In this document: one piece after another, positions 1 to 12,196 of the stretch | How positions within the stretch are numbered: the first letter of the stretch is position 1 | How the letters are laid out: each line of letters starts with the position of its first letter | DNA from: Malacoraja senta | Lineage: Eukaryota | DNA: 64,000 nucleotides | Assembly: GCA_038087875.1 (NCBI GenBank) | Contig: CM075991.1 | Location: forward strand, 8,434,001-8,498,000 | Reading direction: 5' to 3' | Notes under the pieces: model-generated | The model's input: the letters and a program-made list of their open reading frames with translations, nothing else | Databases searched by the model: none | What the model was told of the DNA's origin: nothing | Made by a program: the position numbers and the translations under genes

Positions 1-1057
1 ATGTGACATTTCTATCTAGTTTCATGGGCATTTCTTTGATTGTAAGTAACAAGAGAGCAAAAACAAAGACTTGTCAAGCTGAACGACTCAAAGTATCAAC
101 ATTCAAACGGACACCAAGAGTTATCGAAATAAACTGTAATGGATCACAAGGGTTTCCTTTTGGCAGACGTCCAAACTGCTCCCGTGGCCTTGGTGAACTG
201 CGTGAACTACTTGCATGAAGGACCGTGCGTGTTCAGCCCTTTTCACAGATCGCTGCGCCAGTAATCCCCCCTGCACTCAATTTCTTTCCACTTTAAAGCA
301 GACTCCAGTTACACATTTTAACTCAAGCACACATTACGTACTCTTGTACAAACATGGAAACTGAAAAGCAGACCGTCCGCTCCGATACCGCAGTATTTAC
401 ATTTCCAACGCACGCATGCCACAAAGAGTTTTTTTCCCCTTTAAGTAGCAAGTTTAACCCCATCCGAACCGAGAGCAGTCAAGAGCATGTCTGTGAGAAA
501 ATGTAGTGTTTAGCTGCGCTATGACACCAATTCAAGGATTGTCAGCTGTGGTTACATTAAAAACACAAGTAAAAATGCAGAGTTCAACAATTTTGTCAAT
601 GGCAAACAGTACATTCATTCAAGCATCTCGCTGTCTTGCCAAATTAAAAGCTACAAGCAAATCAGATTTATATTACAAAGCTAACCAAATGAGAGTCTCA
701 CCCTCCCCCTTCATAACCAGTCTTAGTAAACATTCTCTTATTTCGAAGGAGGCGCAAGAATCTCTTTTGATATTCACACGCACAATGCCTAATCATTCAC
801 GTTTATCAATTCAATGACAAACTTTAAGTTCCCTGGTTAATGACAGCGTTGCATCTTTATTTGAGGACCAGCCTTCGCCACCGTCTTCAAAGCAGTTGAC
901 CCCAACAAGAGGCAACTTTGACAATAAACAAAACACAAGATAAGAGCTGGCGATTTCAAAAGGTGCCAGTGATTAAAAACAGCAGCGGTGATTTTTACCC
1001 ATGAAGTTTGTGCAGCTCAAGAACTCATGGCGAATGTCAAATTGTTCTTTCTGGTGC
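1..1057 (-). other. REEP4: Probable REEP4 3' UTR (may extend beyond the window)
   Basis: Repeat-free sequence downstream of the stop; candidate AATAAA at 856-861 (minus strand). Confidence 0.6.
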
Positions 1058-1126
1058 TCATAAAGTGTCAAAATTAGACTGCACCGCCTTCTTCTTGGAT
1101 CCCGGTTTCACTGGTTTTATCACTGC
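1058..1126 (-). CDS. REEP4: REEP4 terminal coding exon 8 (AVIKPVKPGSKKKAVQSNFDTL*)
   Basis: TTCTCTGTTTCTAG acceptor, phase 0, TGA at 1058-1060; basic C-terminus similar to mammalian RKKTVPSDVDS. Confidence 0.85.
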   Translation of the reverse strand, partial: AVIKPVKPGSKKKAVQSNFDTL

Positions 1127-1337
1127 CTAGAAACAGAGAAATTCATATTTTAGCCACGAAAGCCAGAGTTCTACATTGAAACATTCACTGCCCCCCCCCC
1201 CCCCTGCTTTGGTAATTAGGTTTGCAGGGGAACAATACCCAGCACAATGCATAACGAGGGAAGAATCTGAACAGGTAAATGGCCGTTTTCAACAAGAATA
1301 GCTGAACATTTGTCAGAGGGAACATCTCAAAAGTTAC

Positions 1338-1523
1338 GTGCAGGAAGGAACAGCAGATGCTGGTTTAAACCGAAGATACAAAAAGATGGGAGTACTGTAA
1401 CTCAGCAGGTCAGGCAGCATCTGGAGAAAAGGGAACAGGTGATGTTTCGGGCCGAGACCCTTTTTCTTCACCTATTCCTTCTCTCCAGAGACCCACTGAG
1501 TTACTCCAGCTTTTAGTGTCTAT
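1338..1523. mobile_element. Penelope-derived inverted short insert
   Basis: Same family as the tail of 4958-5471; two opposed arms. Confidence 0.7.
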
Positions 1524-3008
1524 CATATTAAAAGTTATTATTGAAGATAATATAACAGGATGCTAAAAAAAACAGGTAGTTGCATAAAGTCAGTATAGTT
1601 CTAGAGAGAAATCAAGTTTGACCAATATATTGGAATTTCTTAACATGAGCCGTGGATTACAGGAAACTGGAGGATGGGTTGAATTTAGATTTCCAGAGGC
1701 ATTTGATAAGATACCATGTCAACAGTTACTGTGGAAAATAACAACTCCTGGTGGGGAAAGTAGCACATAGCGGCAAATTGAAAATTGGCTGACTGACAGC
1801 AAATAAAGTAGTCACAAATGGGTCTCTTCTGGATGGCAAGAGGTAATCAGCGTTGTGCGACTGGGATTTGTGCTGATGCCTCAATGTTCGCCCAGTTACA
1901 TAAATTAATTGGATGAAGGAATGGATGCTAAATTTGCTGATGAAATGCAGATGGGCTGCAGGACACCAAATCGCCGGTACAGTGTACAAGAACTTACAAA
2001 TGGACATGGGGGGGGGGGGGCTCCAAGAACGCTGGGGGGCCTGCGGCGGGCGGCAAGCAGATGATAGGACAGATCGGTGATCTTTGGTAACTTTGTCTGT
2101 GCCAGAAACACGGCAACACTTGTGCGAGGTGTGATGTATGATTTTACCAGGTCGTACGCAAAACCAAGCATTTCCCTTTACCTAGGTACATGTAACAATA
2201 AAGGATCATTCAATCAGTGAATCATTGACACAGATTGAGTACATGAGGGCCAAAGAGCTGGCAAATGATGCATAACGTGGGGAAATGTGAAATTGACTGT
2301 TTCAGCAGGAAAAAAAAGTATACAGGACAGTTTAGTTTATTGTCAGGTGTGCAGAGGTACAGAGAAAAGCTTTGGTTGCGTGCTCACCAGTCAGCAGAAA
2401 GGCAATACATGATTACAATCGAGTCATTTACACGTAAGGGAATAACGTTTAGTGCAAGGTAAAGCAGCAAAGTCCGATCAAAGATAGTCCGAGGGTCCCC
2501 AATGAGGTGGATACTCCTCAGGATTCACAAGTTGGACATGGGGCCCTAATCATCGTCATCACACAGCCGTAAAATGGGACCCTCCCCTGCAGCCAGCAAA
2601 TCCATGCTGCTGCTCTGCCAAAAGCTTGATTGTATGTACGCAAGTTGGGCATCATAAACTAAGGGGGGACCGGTAGTGTCGAAATGAGGAGAGATTAGGG
2701 AGAATGAAGATGCAAGCAATTTGGGCGTTCAGTTAATCATTTTTAAAAGGATAGCATCCAGGCGCTGCCAGCAATGAAAAAAGTTACTATTGCAGGGGGG
2801 AACTGAATACCAAAGTAGAGGTCATGACTCGGATGTATAAGACACAGATGAGATCAATACAGGAGAATTGAATTGGTCACTTTGTAACAAGGCATGAATA
2901 CATCGGAAGCAGCTCAGGAGATTTACCGGACCAATACCCAAGTTATCTTACAAGGAAAAGTTGCATCTGCTGGAGTTTACGCGAGTTAGAGTGAACTATT
3001 CAAATGCT

Positions 3009-3299
3009 GGGCGGCACGAGAGTTGCTGCCTTACGGTGCCAGAGACCCGGGTTCGATCTTGACTACAGGTGTTGTCTGTACGGAGTTTGTACGTTCTCCC
3101 CATGGCCTATGTGGATTTTCTCTGGGTGCTCCGGTTTCCTCTCACTCTCCAAAGACGTACAGGTTCGTAGGCTAATTGACTTGGCAATGTTGTCAATTGC
3201 CCCTGGTATATAGGATAATGTTTGTGTGCAGGGATCGCTGGTCGGCAGGGCCCCGGTGGGCCGAAAGACCTGTTTCCGTGCTGTATCTCTAAACTTAAC
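3009..3299 (+). mobile_element. HE1-like tRNA-derived V-SINE
   Basis: B-box GGTTCGATC, V-domain-like core, CR1-type 3' tail GGGCCGAA..CCTGTTTCCGTGCTGTATCTCTAAAC. Confidence 0.85.
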
Positions 3300-4337
3300 C
3301 TGACCCCGAATGGCTCGGCTGGATGGACGGACAGAGAAGAGGCTGTTTCTTCTTGCGGGCGAATCCAGAATGACAAAAAAAGTAAAAATAAGCTACTTCC
3401 TAAAAGGGAGTATAATAGGAAGTGGACTGTATATCGGCAGGGAAATAGGGCAGGGAAATAGAGTACAGAAAGGCACAAGGAGAGAATGAAAGGTTACCAT
3501 GGATAGATACGAATACAAATGAAGACTTCATTAGGGTTAGCTATGATCTTAAGTGGCTCCCTCAGCTTCTGATAAGTATCTTTCCGTGGCAGTTACAGAT
3601 TAGAATTGACCTACAACCCATGACTCAGGGCAGAGACCTTTCACCTGAAGTTTATCACACAAAGTTTTTAATCAAGAAGAGGGACAATCCTTGCTGCTAA
3701 CCCTGTTAGCGATTTTGTTTTGAAAAGCTAAGTGTGTTAACTGCAGTCTAACTTGGAGATTGGTGAGATTGGTGAGATTATACCAGCGAGTCTTCAAATC
3801 AATCTCATCTAGTCTCCCTAAAGGGACTGCAAACTGGGCGACGTGCAGGGTCCCATTTGAGGAAGATAGGATAAAACAGGGCAATAGATAATTCTCTGTT
3901 GAACACGTGCTCCTTCAAAGCAAGCCCATCTTTTTGGCAATACTTGAAAGTCAAAATGGTGCACAGTGCCACTGTCACCCACTAGAGGCCCTCAAAGCAT
4001 CATATATGGGAACTTGCTTGAACGGTGACATTGCAATTTTGTCAGGTCCAAAGTTCATATTTATCCTGCAAACTAACACTTCAATGAAATCCAGCCGGGC
4101 ACCGCTGCTCAATACTTAAAAACTACGGAACAAAATATCACGGGATGACAACATAACTGACTCATCTAGTGACACAGTTACAATACCAACTGAATACGAG
4201 TACAGGTTGCCAAATTTGGAATGAGGAACATCAATGAAACTTTGTATCTAAATTAAATAAAATTAAGACAGGTATACAGAAACAGTTGACAGATTGCAGC
4301 TGCAGTTCAAGGATCTTCAGCAACTATGGTTCAGTAA

Positions 4338-4919
4338 AGGCTCTGTCTCACGGTGTTGCGGTCATTAGCGGTGAAGCGCGGCGCCGCCGGAAGAGGGGAC
4401 CGCACGGCAACCGCGAGAGCGCCGCACGGATGCTGCGCGGGGGCCGAGTGATCTCCGTACCGGCCGGTTCCACGAGCTTGCGGCGTCGGGTGATGACGTC
4501 ATCGCGCAACGCGACGCGCTACGCGATGGCGTCATCGCGCAACGCGATGACGTCTTTCGGATCGCGGGGCTGTGGCAGCGGCCGTGCTGCACACGTGCCT
4601 CACTGGTGCCGGCTGTGGCGGCGGTCGTGCCTCACTGGCGGCGGCTGTGGCGGCAAAAGTTCGACTCACGGCACTCGTGCTGCACTGGCGGCGGCTGTGG
4701 CATTGACCGTGCCGCACTCGTGCCTCACTGGCGGCGGCTGTGCGGTAAGAAATTATTTTGGACATTGCTGACTTTTTGTGAGCACCGTGCGGTGTTGGGA
4801 CCAACGGCGCACGGCCTCGGCAGTGTGCGTTTGACCGAACCCGCGGTCTCTGGCGGTCCACGAGCGGTAGATACTTCCTGTATCACCGCCAATGACTGCA
4901 GACTCATGAGACAGGCCTT
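4338..4919. mobile_element. PIF/Harbinger-like non-autonomous element (MITE), CpG-rich
   Basis: ~37-bp imperfect TIRs (AGGCTCTGTCTCAC.../...TGAGACAGGCCTT); TAA TSD at 4335-4337 and 4920-4922. Confidence 0.75.
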
Positions 4920-4957
4920 TAAGTCCCAACAGCTCGAGGAACTTTGGCTCCGGGTTA

Positions 4958-5471
4958 GACACAAAATGCTGCAGTGACTCAGCGGGACAGGCAGCATCTC
5001 TGGAGAGCAGGAATGGGCGACGTTTCGGGTCGAGACCCTTCTTCGTTCTGAGAGTCAGGGAAGGGGGAGATACAGAGATAAGGAAGTGCAAGGTGCGAAA
5101 ACGAGACATCAAAGGGGGGTGGAGGTCAAGGAAAAAGTAGAATAGACCATTGCTAGCTAGGAGAAGGTAACAACAAAGCAAACAGAGATAAAATGTAAAC
5201 AAGGACAGTTAGACTGGTCGGAAAACTGGGAAGGGGGAGGGATGGGGAGAGAGGAGATGCAAGGGTTACTTGAAGTTAGAGAAGTCAATTCACATACCGC
5301 TGGGTTGTAAGCTACCCAAGCAAAATACGAGGTGCTGTGCCGCCAATTTGCGCTGGGCCTCACTGACAATGGAGAGGCCCAGGACAGAAAGGTCAGTGTG
5401 GCTATGGGAGGGGGAGTTAAAGTGTTTAGTAACCAGAATGGGAGGGGGAGTTAAAGTGTTTAGCAATCGCT
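4958..5471 (-). mobile_element. Penelope-like element 3' fragment (GIY-YIG C-terminus plus pLTR tail)
   Basis: Minus strand reads KHFNSPSHSHTDLSVLGL...QHLVFCLGSLQPSGM*IDFSNFK*; 15-bp TSD TTTGGCTCCGGGTTA at 4943-4957 and 5472-5486. Confidence 0.85.
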
Positions 5472-6155
5472 TTTGGCTCCGGGTTAATGAGCTGGAAACT
5501 GAAATTTGGGCACTGTGTTGAATCAGGGACTGTGAAGGGTGTTTGAAGCACTTTGATCCAAGGTTGTCACACCACTTAGACCAACCTGGTCAGTCGAGAG
5601 CTACTGGAGGGGTAGAAACATGCACGAGGATGGTGCAGTCATGTAGTGTGTAAGAGATGACTTCCTTGATTTCCATGCCTTGGTTAAATTTTAAACTTTG
5701 GCAAAACTTGAGTATTAAGACATTGATACTGAAAGGGAAAATAAGGTGAGTAACCAAACAAGAAACATAAAGATCCAAATGATTTCACAGAGGAAGAAAT
5801 ATCAGAAAAACGTAGTCCCTTACAGGTTGACAAGGGAGAGATATTTGCGATAAGGAAATAGAAAATAGAAACAAATATTTTGTGTCTGTCATCATAGGAG
5901 ACAGAAAAACAACTCAAAAACGAGTTGAAATACAGCATGGAAACAGGCCCTGCGGCCCACCGAAATTCTGCTGACCATACAAGTCCTTGTGTAGCTTGGA
6001 AAAGCAGCGATTCTTCCCAAATTCAGACTAATTTATCTTTATAACTGACATTTCATTAACATTTCATTGCTTAAGACAGGCAATGGATCCAACAAGGATC
6101 CATTGTCGCACTATAACATAGCCACAGAAATCCGAGATTCTTCTGCTGTTTGAAT

Positions 6156-6623
6156 GACAATAGACAAAGAGTAGGCCATTCGGCCCTTCGAGCCAGCACC
6201 GCCAGTCAATGTGATCATGGCTGATCATCCCCAATCAGTACCCCGTTTCCTGCCTTCTCCCCATATCCCCCGACTCCGCTCTCTTTAAGAACCCTATCCA
6301 GCTCTCTCTTGAAAGCATCCAGAGAACCTGCCTCCACCACCCTCTGAGGCAGAGAATTCCACAGACTCACAACTCTCTCTGAGAAAAAGTGTTTCCTCGT
6401 CTCCGTTCTAAATGGCTTACCCCTTATTCTTAAACTGTGGCCCCTGGTTCTGGACTCCCCCAACATCGGGAACATGTTTCCTGCCTCTAGCGTGTCCAAG
6501 CCCTTAACAATCTTATACGTTTCAATAAGATCCTCTCTCGTCCTTCTAAACTCCAGAGTGTACAAGCCCAGCCGCTCCATTCTCTCAGCATATGACAGTC
6601 CCGCCATCCCGGGAATTAACCTT
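6156..6623 (-). mobile_element. CR1/HER1-like LINE 3' fragment
   Basis: RLIPGMAGLSYAERMERLGLYTLEFRR...WNSLPQRVVEAGSL ORF2 C-terminus and 3' UTR. Confidence 0.9.
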
Positions 6624-6661
6624 GGGCCCACCGAATGCTTGTGCCCTTCAGCGGCACTCAC

Positions 6662-6837
6662 CCCTTTGTTTTGTCCTCGCTTTCTCGAGACTTGTCCCCG
6701 TCGGATTGGTTTTGAACCCTGCGATTCATGGCGTAATGAACTCCTTCGCCTCTCTGCCTCTCCGTCCGACTTGCACTCGTCTTGAGAGTCACTCTCTGCA
6801 TACTGATGGTTCAGCGCAGTGTCTGGAGGTCTTTGGG
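6662..6837 (-). CDS. REEP4: REEP4 exon 7 (QRPPDTALNHQYAESDSQDECKSDGEAERRRSS...GQNKG)
   Basis: 176 nt; TCTTCACCCGCAG acceptor in the required phase 1 and GTGAGT donor; SDSQDECKSD resembles mammalian SDTEDECWSD. An alternative in-phase acceptor lies 12 nt further in. Confidence 0.85.
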
Positions 6838-7000
6838 CTGCGGGTGAAGACATTCAATAAAAAGTCAACTCTGAACAGCAGCAAAGATTTCAATTCTAAA
6901 GGAACACTTCAATACCAATAAGAAGGCATCATTGCCGTTGTCCTTCTCATGTAGCCCTTGGTGAGTGCTGGGAAATACACACACACATGCACATACACAG

Positions 7001-7207
7001 TGTAGGAAGGAACTGCAGATGCTGCTTTACACAGAAGACAGATCCAAAATGCTCGAGTAACTCTGCGGGACAGGCACCATTTCTGGAGAAAAGGAATAGG
7101 TGATGTTTCAGGGTCTGAAGCAGGGTTTTGACCTGAAATGGCACCTATTCCTTTTCTTTGGAGATGTGCTGCCTGACCCGCTGAGTTACTCTAGCATTTT
7201 GTATCTA
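7001..7207. mobile_element. Penelope-derived inverted (palindromic) short insert
   Basis: GAACTGCAGATGCTG... arm followed by its inverted copy. Confidence 0.75.
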
Positions 7208-9208
7208 TATATACACACACACAAACACACACTGAATGTCCTTCAGTATCTCAGTTAAGAGGCCATTCTCCCCAAAGAGGTTACTGCAACAAAGAAAACT
7301 AATGGACTCCTCAGTTAGTACAAACATTTAGTTTCAGGTGGAAGTCACTGCATTAGACATCAAGTTTATGCATCTCTGCATATCTGTCTTGTTAGTTAAA
7401 CAACAGTCAAGCAAAAGACTGCCGCTGCCTTGTTGCGGATCAAATCAAACTGTCTAAATACGCATCAGTCAGCAGCTTAGAACCTTATGCTTTCTCCAAA
7501 AACTGTATGGTGTCTCAACTCCCAAAGGTACCTCAATGATAGCTCTCAAACTTCAAGTTCAAATATATTGTGACATACACCAATTAAGGTACAGTGATAT
7601 TTGAGTTACCATACAGCCATACGAAGTGAAAAGCAACAATACACACAGCCACATAATAAAATTTAACATGAAAATCCACCACAGCGGAATCCACATTCCT
7701 CACTGTGATGGAAGGTAATATAGTTCAGTCATCTTCCTCCTTGTTCACTCGAGGTCGGGGCCTTTGAACCTTCCGCAGTCGCTGCTGCCGACGGTCCGAT
7801 GTCCGAAGCCCTGACCTCTAACCCCATCAGGATCCCATGCATCAGCTGACGAGTCTGGCAAATGACATCCCGTACACACTTCACAATGCCTTGGCTTCAT
7901 GTATTATGCCACTGTCAGATTTGACACAGGCTGCAGAGATACTGTGCACCAAGAACTCTGGCAACTCCTCCATGCAAAGTTCCACAACAGTTTGCGAGAT
8001 AGCACATTGACACAGATGGATATATTTTTGAGACCTGGACAGGATCAGCATTTGTCACCCATCCTGAAACGGATTAGGTTTAAAGATAGTGTGGAAACAG
8101 GCCCTTCGTCCCACCATTGGTCACCCATGCACTAGTTCTGCCATCCCACTTCCTCATCTTACACAGTAGGGCCCAATTAACATACAAACCTACACCTCTT
8201 TGGAATGCCCCGGGAAGGTGGCAGGGAACAGCAGCTTAGATCCACATGTCTAAATGTCTATCATTAATACCTAAAATGTATATGCTGAAGTTTTGTCCAT
8301 TTAATATTCTAGATTGTTCTGTACTCGTCTAATAACCAGAGGAGTTAATTTTAAATGAGGTTGACTGAATGCAAGTAATGTCCGGCCATCATTCAAACAT
8401 TCTGGTGCTTGCACTCACTATATCAGATGACCAGAGTATATTGGAGCACAAGAACAATGGATTCTGGGACTGGGGAGAATCAAATCAAGGAGGACAATGG
8501 AATTGAGGTCAAGAGTCAGTCACGATCTTACTGGTGTGAAACAGGCACGGAGGCTGCAGCCTTGAATCTCATGTTTATAAATGTTGTGAGTTTGTGAAAA
8601 TGTGGTTGAACTTGCTCTGCATTCAGCTTCATTCAAGCCTTTGGCAATGGGTTGGACAACAAACTGGTTGCCCGTAATTATAGTACCGTAGCTGTGCCCT
8701 GTTCAGCCATTACGCTTGTAATAACCGGGTTCCATCCATGCCCTGCTTAGTGGGAGGACCCGGCAATAGACCAAACCCCAGAAATGGTCAAAGAAGATTC
8801 TGAGTAGTCATCGGTCTGTAGTCAGTAGTCACTAATGCTCAAAAAAAGCTTTTTTCTATCAACAAAAAGTCAGCTCCTCCGTGCTTCAATTCCGCAGCAA
8901 GCAGCAAGATTGAATACATAGGGATATTGAAAATGCATCCAACAATCACCTAGATGGTAGCTGTGCCTAAAATAGCAGTTGCCAGTTTGAAAAATTGTTT
9001 AAATTGTTTTTATTTCACACAAAAATTGCCTTCAGCGAGTTGCAGCCTCTCTCAACACTGGAATTATAGAGTACCGTATTGCAGACTCTTTCATTATCCG
9101 ATCATAAGATTCAAATCTTGTTTAACATTTAGACTGGGAATAAAGCTAACTTTGTCTTCAAAATGATCTTGCTAGATTGCCAACTTTACAAAATTAAAAA
9201 AAACTCAC

Positions 9209-9362
9209 ATTGCTCTCCTCTTGCCACAGTGATGGGATCCCTTGCCATCGGCTCGTCCTCCGGATAAAGGGGATCTGTGTAATGGGTTGGCTCGTCAAGC
9301 GGAATGCTTCGTAAGTCCTGCATGCTGAAACTGATCAAGCGTCCTGCAAGAGCTCCCTGACT
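9209..9362 (-). CDS. REEP4: REEP4 exon 6 ([33 protein letters not shown]...)
   Basis: 154 nt; CAG acceptor and GTGAGT donor; SQGALAGRL and DPLY are characteristic of REEP4 rather than REEP1-3. Confidence 0.93.
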
Positions 9363-10640
9363 CTGCAATACAGGGGAAGCAAGAGAGATATTTCATGCCC
9401 AAAGTGAAATGTAGAGACTGATGTAAGAGAGAAATTAAAACAGATGCTGATGAGAATGAACAACAGGGCAACATTTTAAAATGACATCAATATCTTATGA
9501 GTGACTCACCACAACAGTGCTTTGTAACCTGGTAAGTCAACACGGTGACAAGTTGTCCGACCTGTTATGCATCTGGAGTGATATTTACCTTTTTTATTCC
9601 ATTACCGTGTTTAACAATGCACTTTGTACCTTTCAATAAAGTAACATAAGAGGCGCTAAACACTCATAACGTAGATCTTATTTCAGAAAATGCACACCAC
9701 CAGATTCAGGGACAGTTTCTTCCCAACAGCTATCAGGCAACTGAACCATCCTACCGCAACCAGAGAGTAATGCTGAACTACTATCTACTTCTCAGATGAC
9801 CTTTGGACTATCCTCGATCGGACTCCACCTTGCACTAAACGTTACTCCCTTATCATGCATCTATACACTGTAAATGGATCGATTAGAATCACGTATTGTC
9901 TTTCTGCTGGCTGCTTAGCACGCAACAAAAGCTTTTCACTGTACCTTGGTACACGTGGCAATAAGCTAAGCTAAACTAAACGTGTGGCAAATGAAATTTT
10001 GATGCATGTCTGCAGAGTTTGTGATTGGCCTTCAAATGTACATTGCACAAAATAGGAGAAACAGCATTCCTTGGTAAACTAAATTCCACATGCAAAATAC
10101 AGATGGCAGAGATCAGATAAAAATAGAAAATGCTGGAAACACTCAGACGCTCAGGCAGCATCTGTGGAGAGATTTCAGATCAATCTTTTATCAAGACAGG
10201 GAAATGAAGGAAGTTTCAAGTTGCAGAGAAATTGGGGGTGGGGGTGGATGGGAGGAAAGGGGAGAGAACAAAAGGGGATATTTATGCTGGGGTGGATCTA
10301 CAAATGGTGGAAGGGACTAGTGAACAACAAAATAAATATCGGGGGAATTTGTAAAATAAGATGACAAATGAAGGGTGGTGGGTGTATGGAACAAGCTGCC
10401 TGATGAGGTAGTTGAGGCAGGGACTATAATGACATTCTAAAGACATTTGAACAGGTACAGGTTTAAAGGGGGCAAATTAAAAGAGCACTTTCATTGGTCT
10501 CTTTCCAGGACTCATTTTACTCTTTCCAGTTCTGATGAAACGTCATTGATCTGACACTTCAACTCCGTTTCTCTCCCCATAGATGCTGCCAGATCTTTTG
10601 TGGATTTCCAGCATTCGTGGCTTTAATCCCCCAAGAGGTA

Positions 10641-11263
10641 CAACGTTCCTTGAAAGTAGTATCGCAGGTAGACAGGGTGGTCACAAAGGCCTTTGGCACT
10701 TAAGAGTATTGGGTATAGAAGCTGGTGGGACATGTTGCAGTTGTACAAGATGTTGGTGGGGCCGCATTTAGAGTATTGTGTCCAGTTTTGGGCACCAGGT
10801 TATAGGAAAGAGGTTGCCAAGCTGGAAAGGTTGCAGAGAAGATTTCCAAGGATGCTGCGGGACTCAAGGGCCTGAGCTAGAAAGGTAGAGCAAGCTAGGA
10901 CTAGTCCTTGGAGCACAGAAGGAAGAGGGGTGATCTTATAGAAGTGTACAAAATAGTTGAAGGGTAAACACACCCAGAGTAGGGTAATCAAGAACCAGAG
11001 GACATAGGTTTAAGGTGAAGGGGGGGGGGGGAAGAAGATTTAATAGGAATGCGAGGGATAACTTAGTCACATAAAGGGTGGTGGGTGTATGGAACAAGCA
11101 GCCTGATGAGGTAGCTGAGGTAGGGACTATAATGACATTCTAAAGACATTTGAACAGGTACAAGTTTAACGGGATAGAGGCCAGTCGTGAGCAGCTGGGA
11201 TTAATGTAGATGGGGCATCTTGGCAAGATGGGCCGAAGGGCCTTTCATGCTGTATGACTATGA
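10641..11263 (+). mobile_element. Degenerate CR1 LINE 3' fragment
   Basis: LYKMLVGPHLEYCVQFWAPGYRKEVAKLERLQRRF RT C-terminal motif. Confidence 0.85.
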
Positions 11264-11472
11264 TAAAGTAGCCTAGGGTGCTTAACGAATACTATTTGCA
11301 AACAAGTTTGGTTCTCAGAATACAGATGGCGAGGCCATCTTCTAAGATTGATACTAAGTTCACACACACCTGCTGGCCCACTTGAACCAAGTGACTTCCA
11401 TTAAACTTTATTTTTTAAATGATCCAGTGACCCTGATGCGATTTAAAGCAGTGGAGCAGTTTGAATTCCTAC

Positions 11473-11586
11473 CTTGGTGGCAGCATTAACTGCCGCATTT
11501 GCCGCCATGTTCAGCCCCCTTTTGCCAAAATTTACCACGGTTTCATAACTACGCTCTTTGGCTTGAATGATGTAGCCGTCGATTTC
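11473..11586 (-). CDS. REEP4: REEP4 exon 5 ([38 protein letters not shown])
   Basis: 114 nt; TAG acceptor and GTAGGA donor; conserved REEP1-4 amphipathic region. Confidence 0.95.
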
Positions 11587-12196
11587 CTAAAGGGAGGGAA
11601 ACGAAAAATGAAAAGCATGTACCTTCAACTGAAAACCGACCATATCTTTCCCTCTTCTCCATGACAACAGACCCATTGTGCAACTCAGCATTGTGGATTT
11701 ACTGCACCATACTTAACAGAAAGCACTTATCCTGCATGGTGATTACACAGGTTGCACACAATGAAAGTGTTTAAGCCGCTCGAGTGGCAGAAAAAGTGAA
11801 GGCCAACACTTAAAGGACGATAAATTAATTTGCTCATTGTAATGACTGCACGAGTTGATAAATTAAAAAAGGGCACCAGTCACAGGCCGCAATGACACGG
11901 TTAGATGCATTGAAAGAAATGACGGGAATACAAAGAACAGGCTTCATCACCCTCTAAAGTGGGTTTCAACTTCATTTGTAAAGGCCACGCACATTCCGAA
12001 TGACAACTGGCTTCTTCGGTTCCCTTAATAAAAAAATCTTCTCTACTTCGCTGCAGTGGAAATGAATCAGGTTCAAGCAAAGCAATTTTGCTAGCGTCTC
12101 CAAGTTCAGCTGGTAAACTTATCGGAGAGTCTGGATTGCGATTTAAAGCAACAATCGAGGATAGCAGTGAATGAGGACTGCAGAATTATTGATTGG

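Noticed and set aside
4594..4745. CRISPR-like repeat array
   Set aside because: Degenerate repeats without unique spacers, inside a eukaryotic MITE; no cas genes.
4286..5202. Overlapping ORFs on both strands
   Set aside because: By-products of a GC-rich MITE and a Penelope insert.
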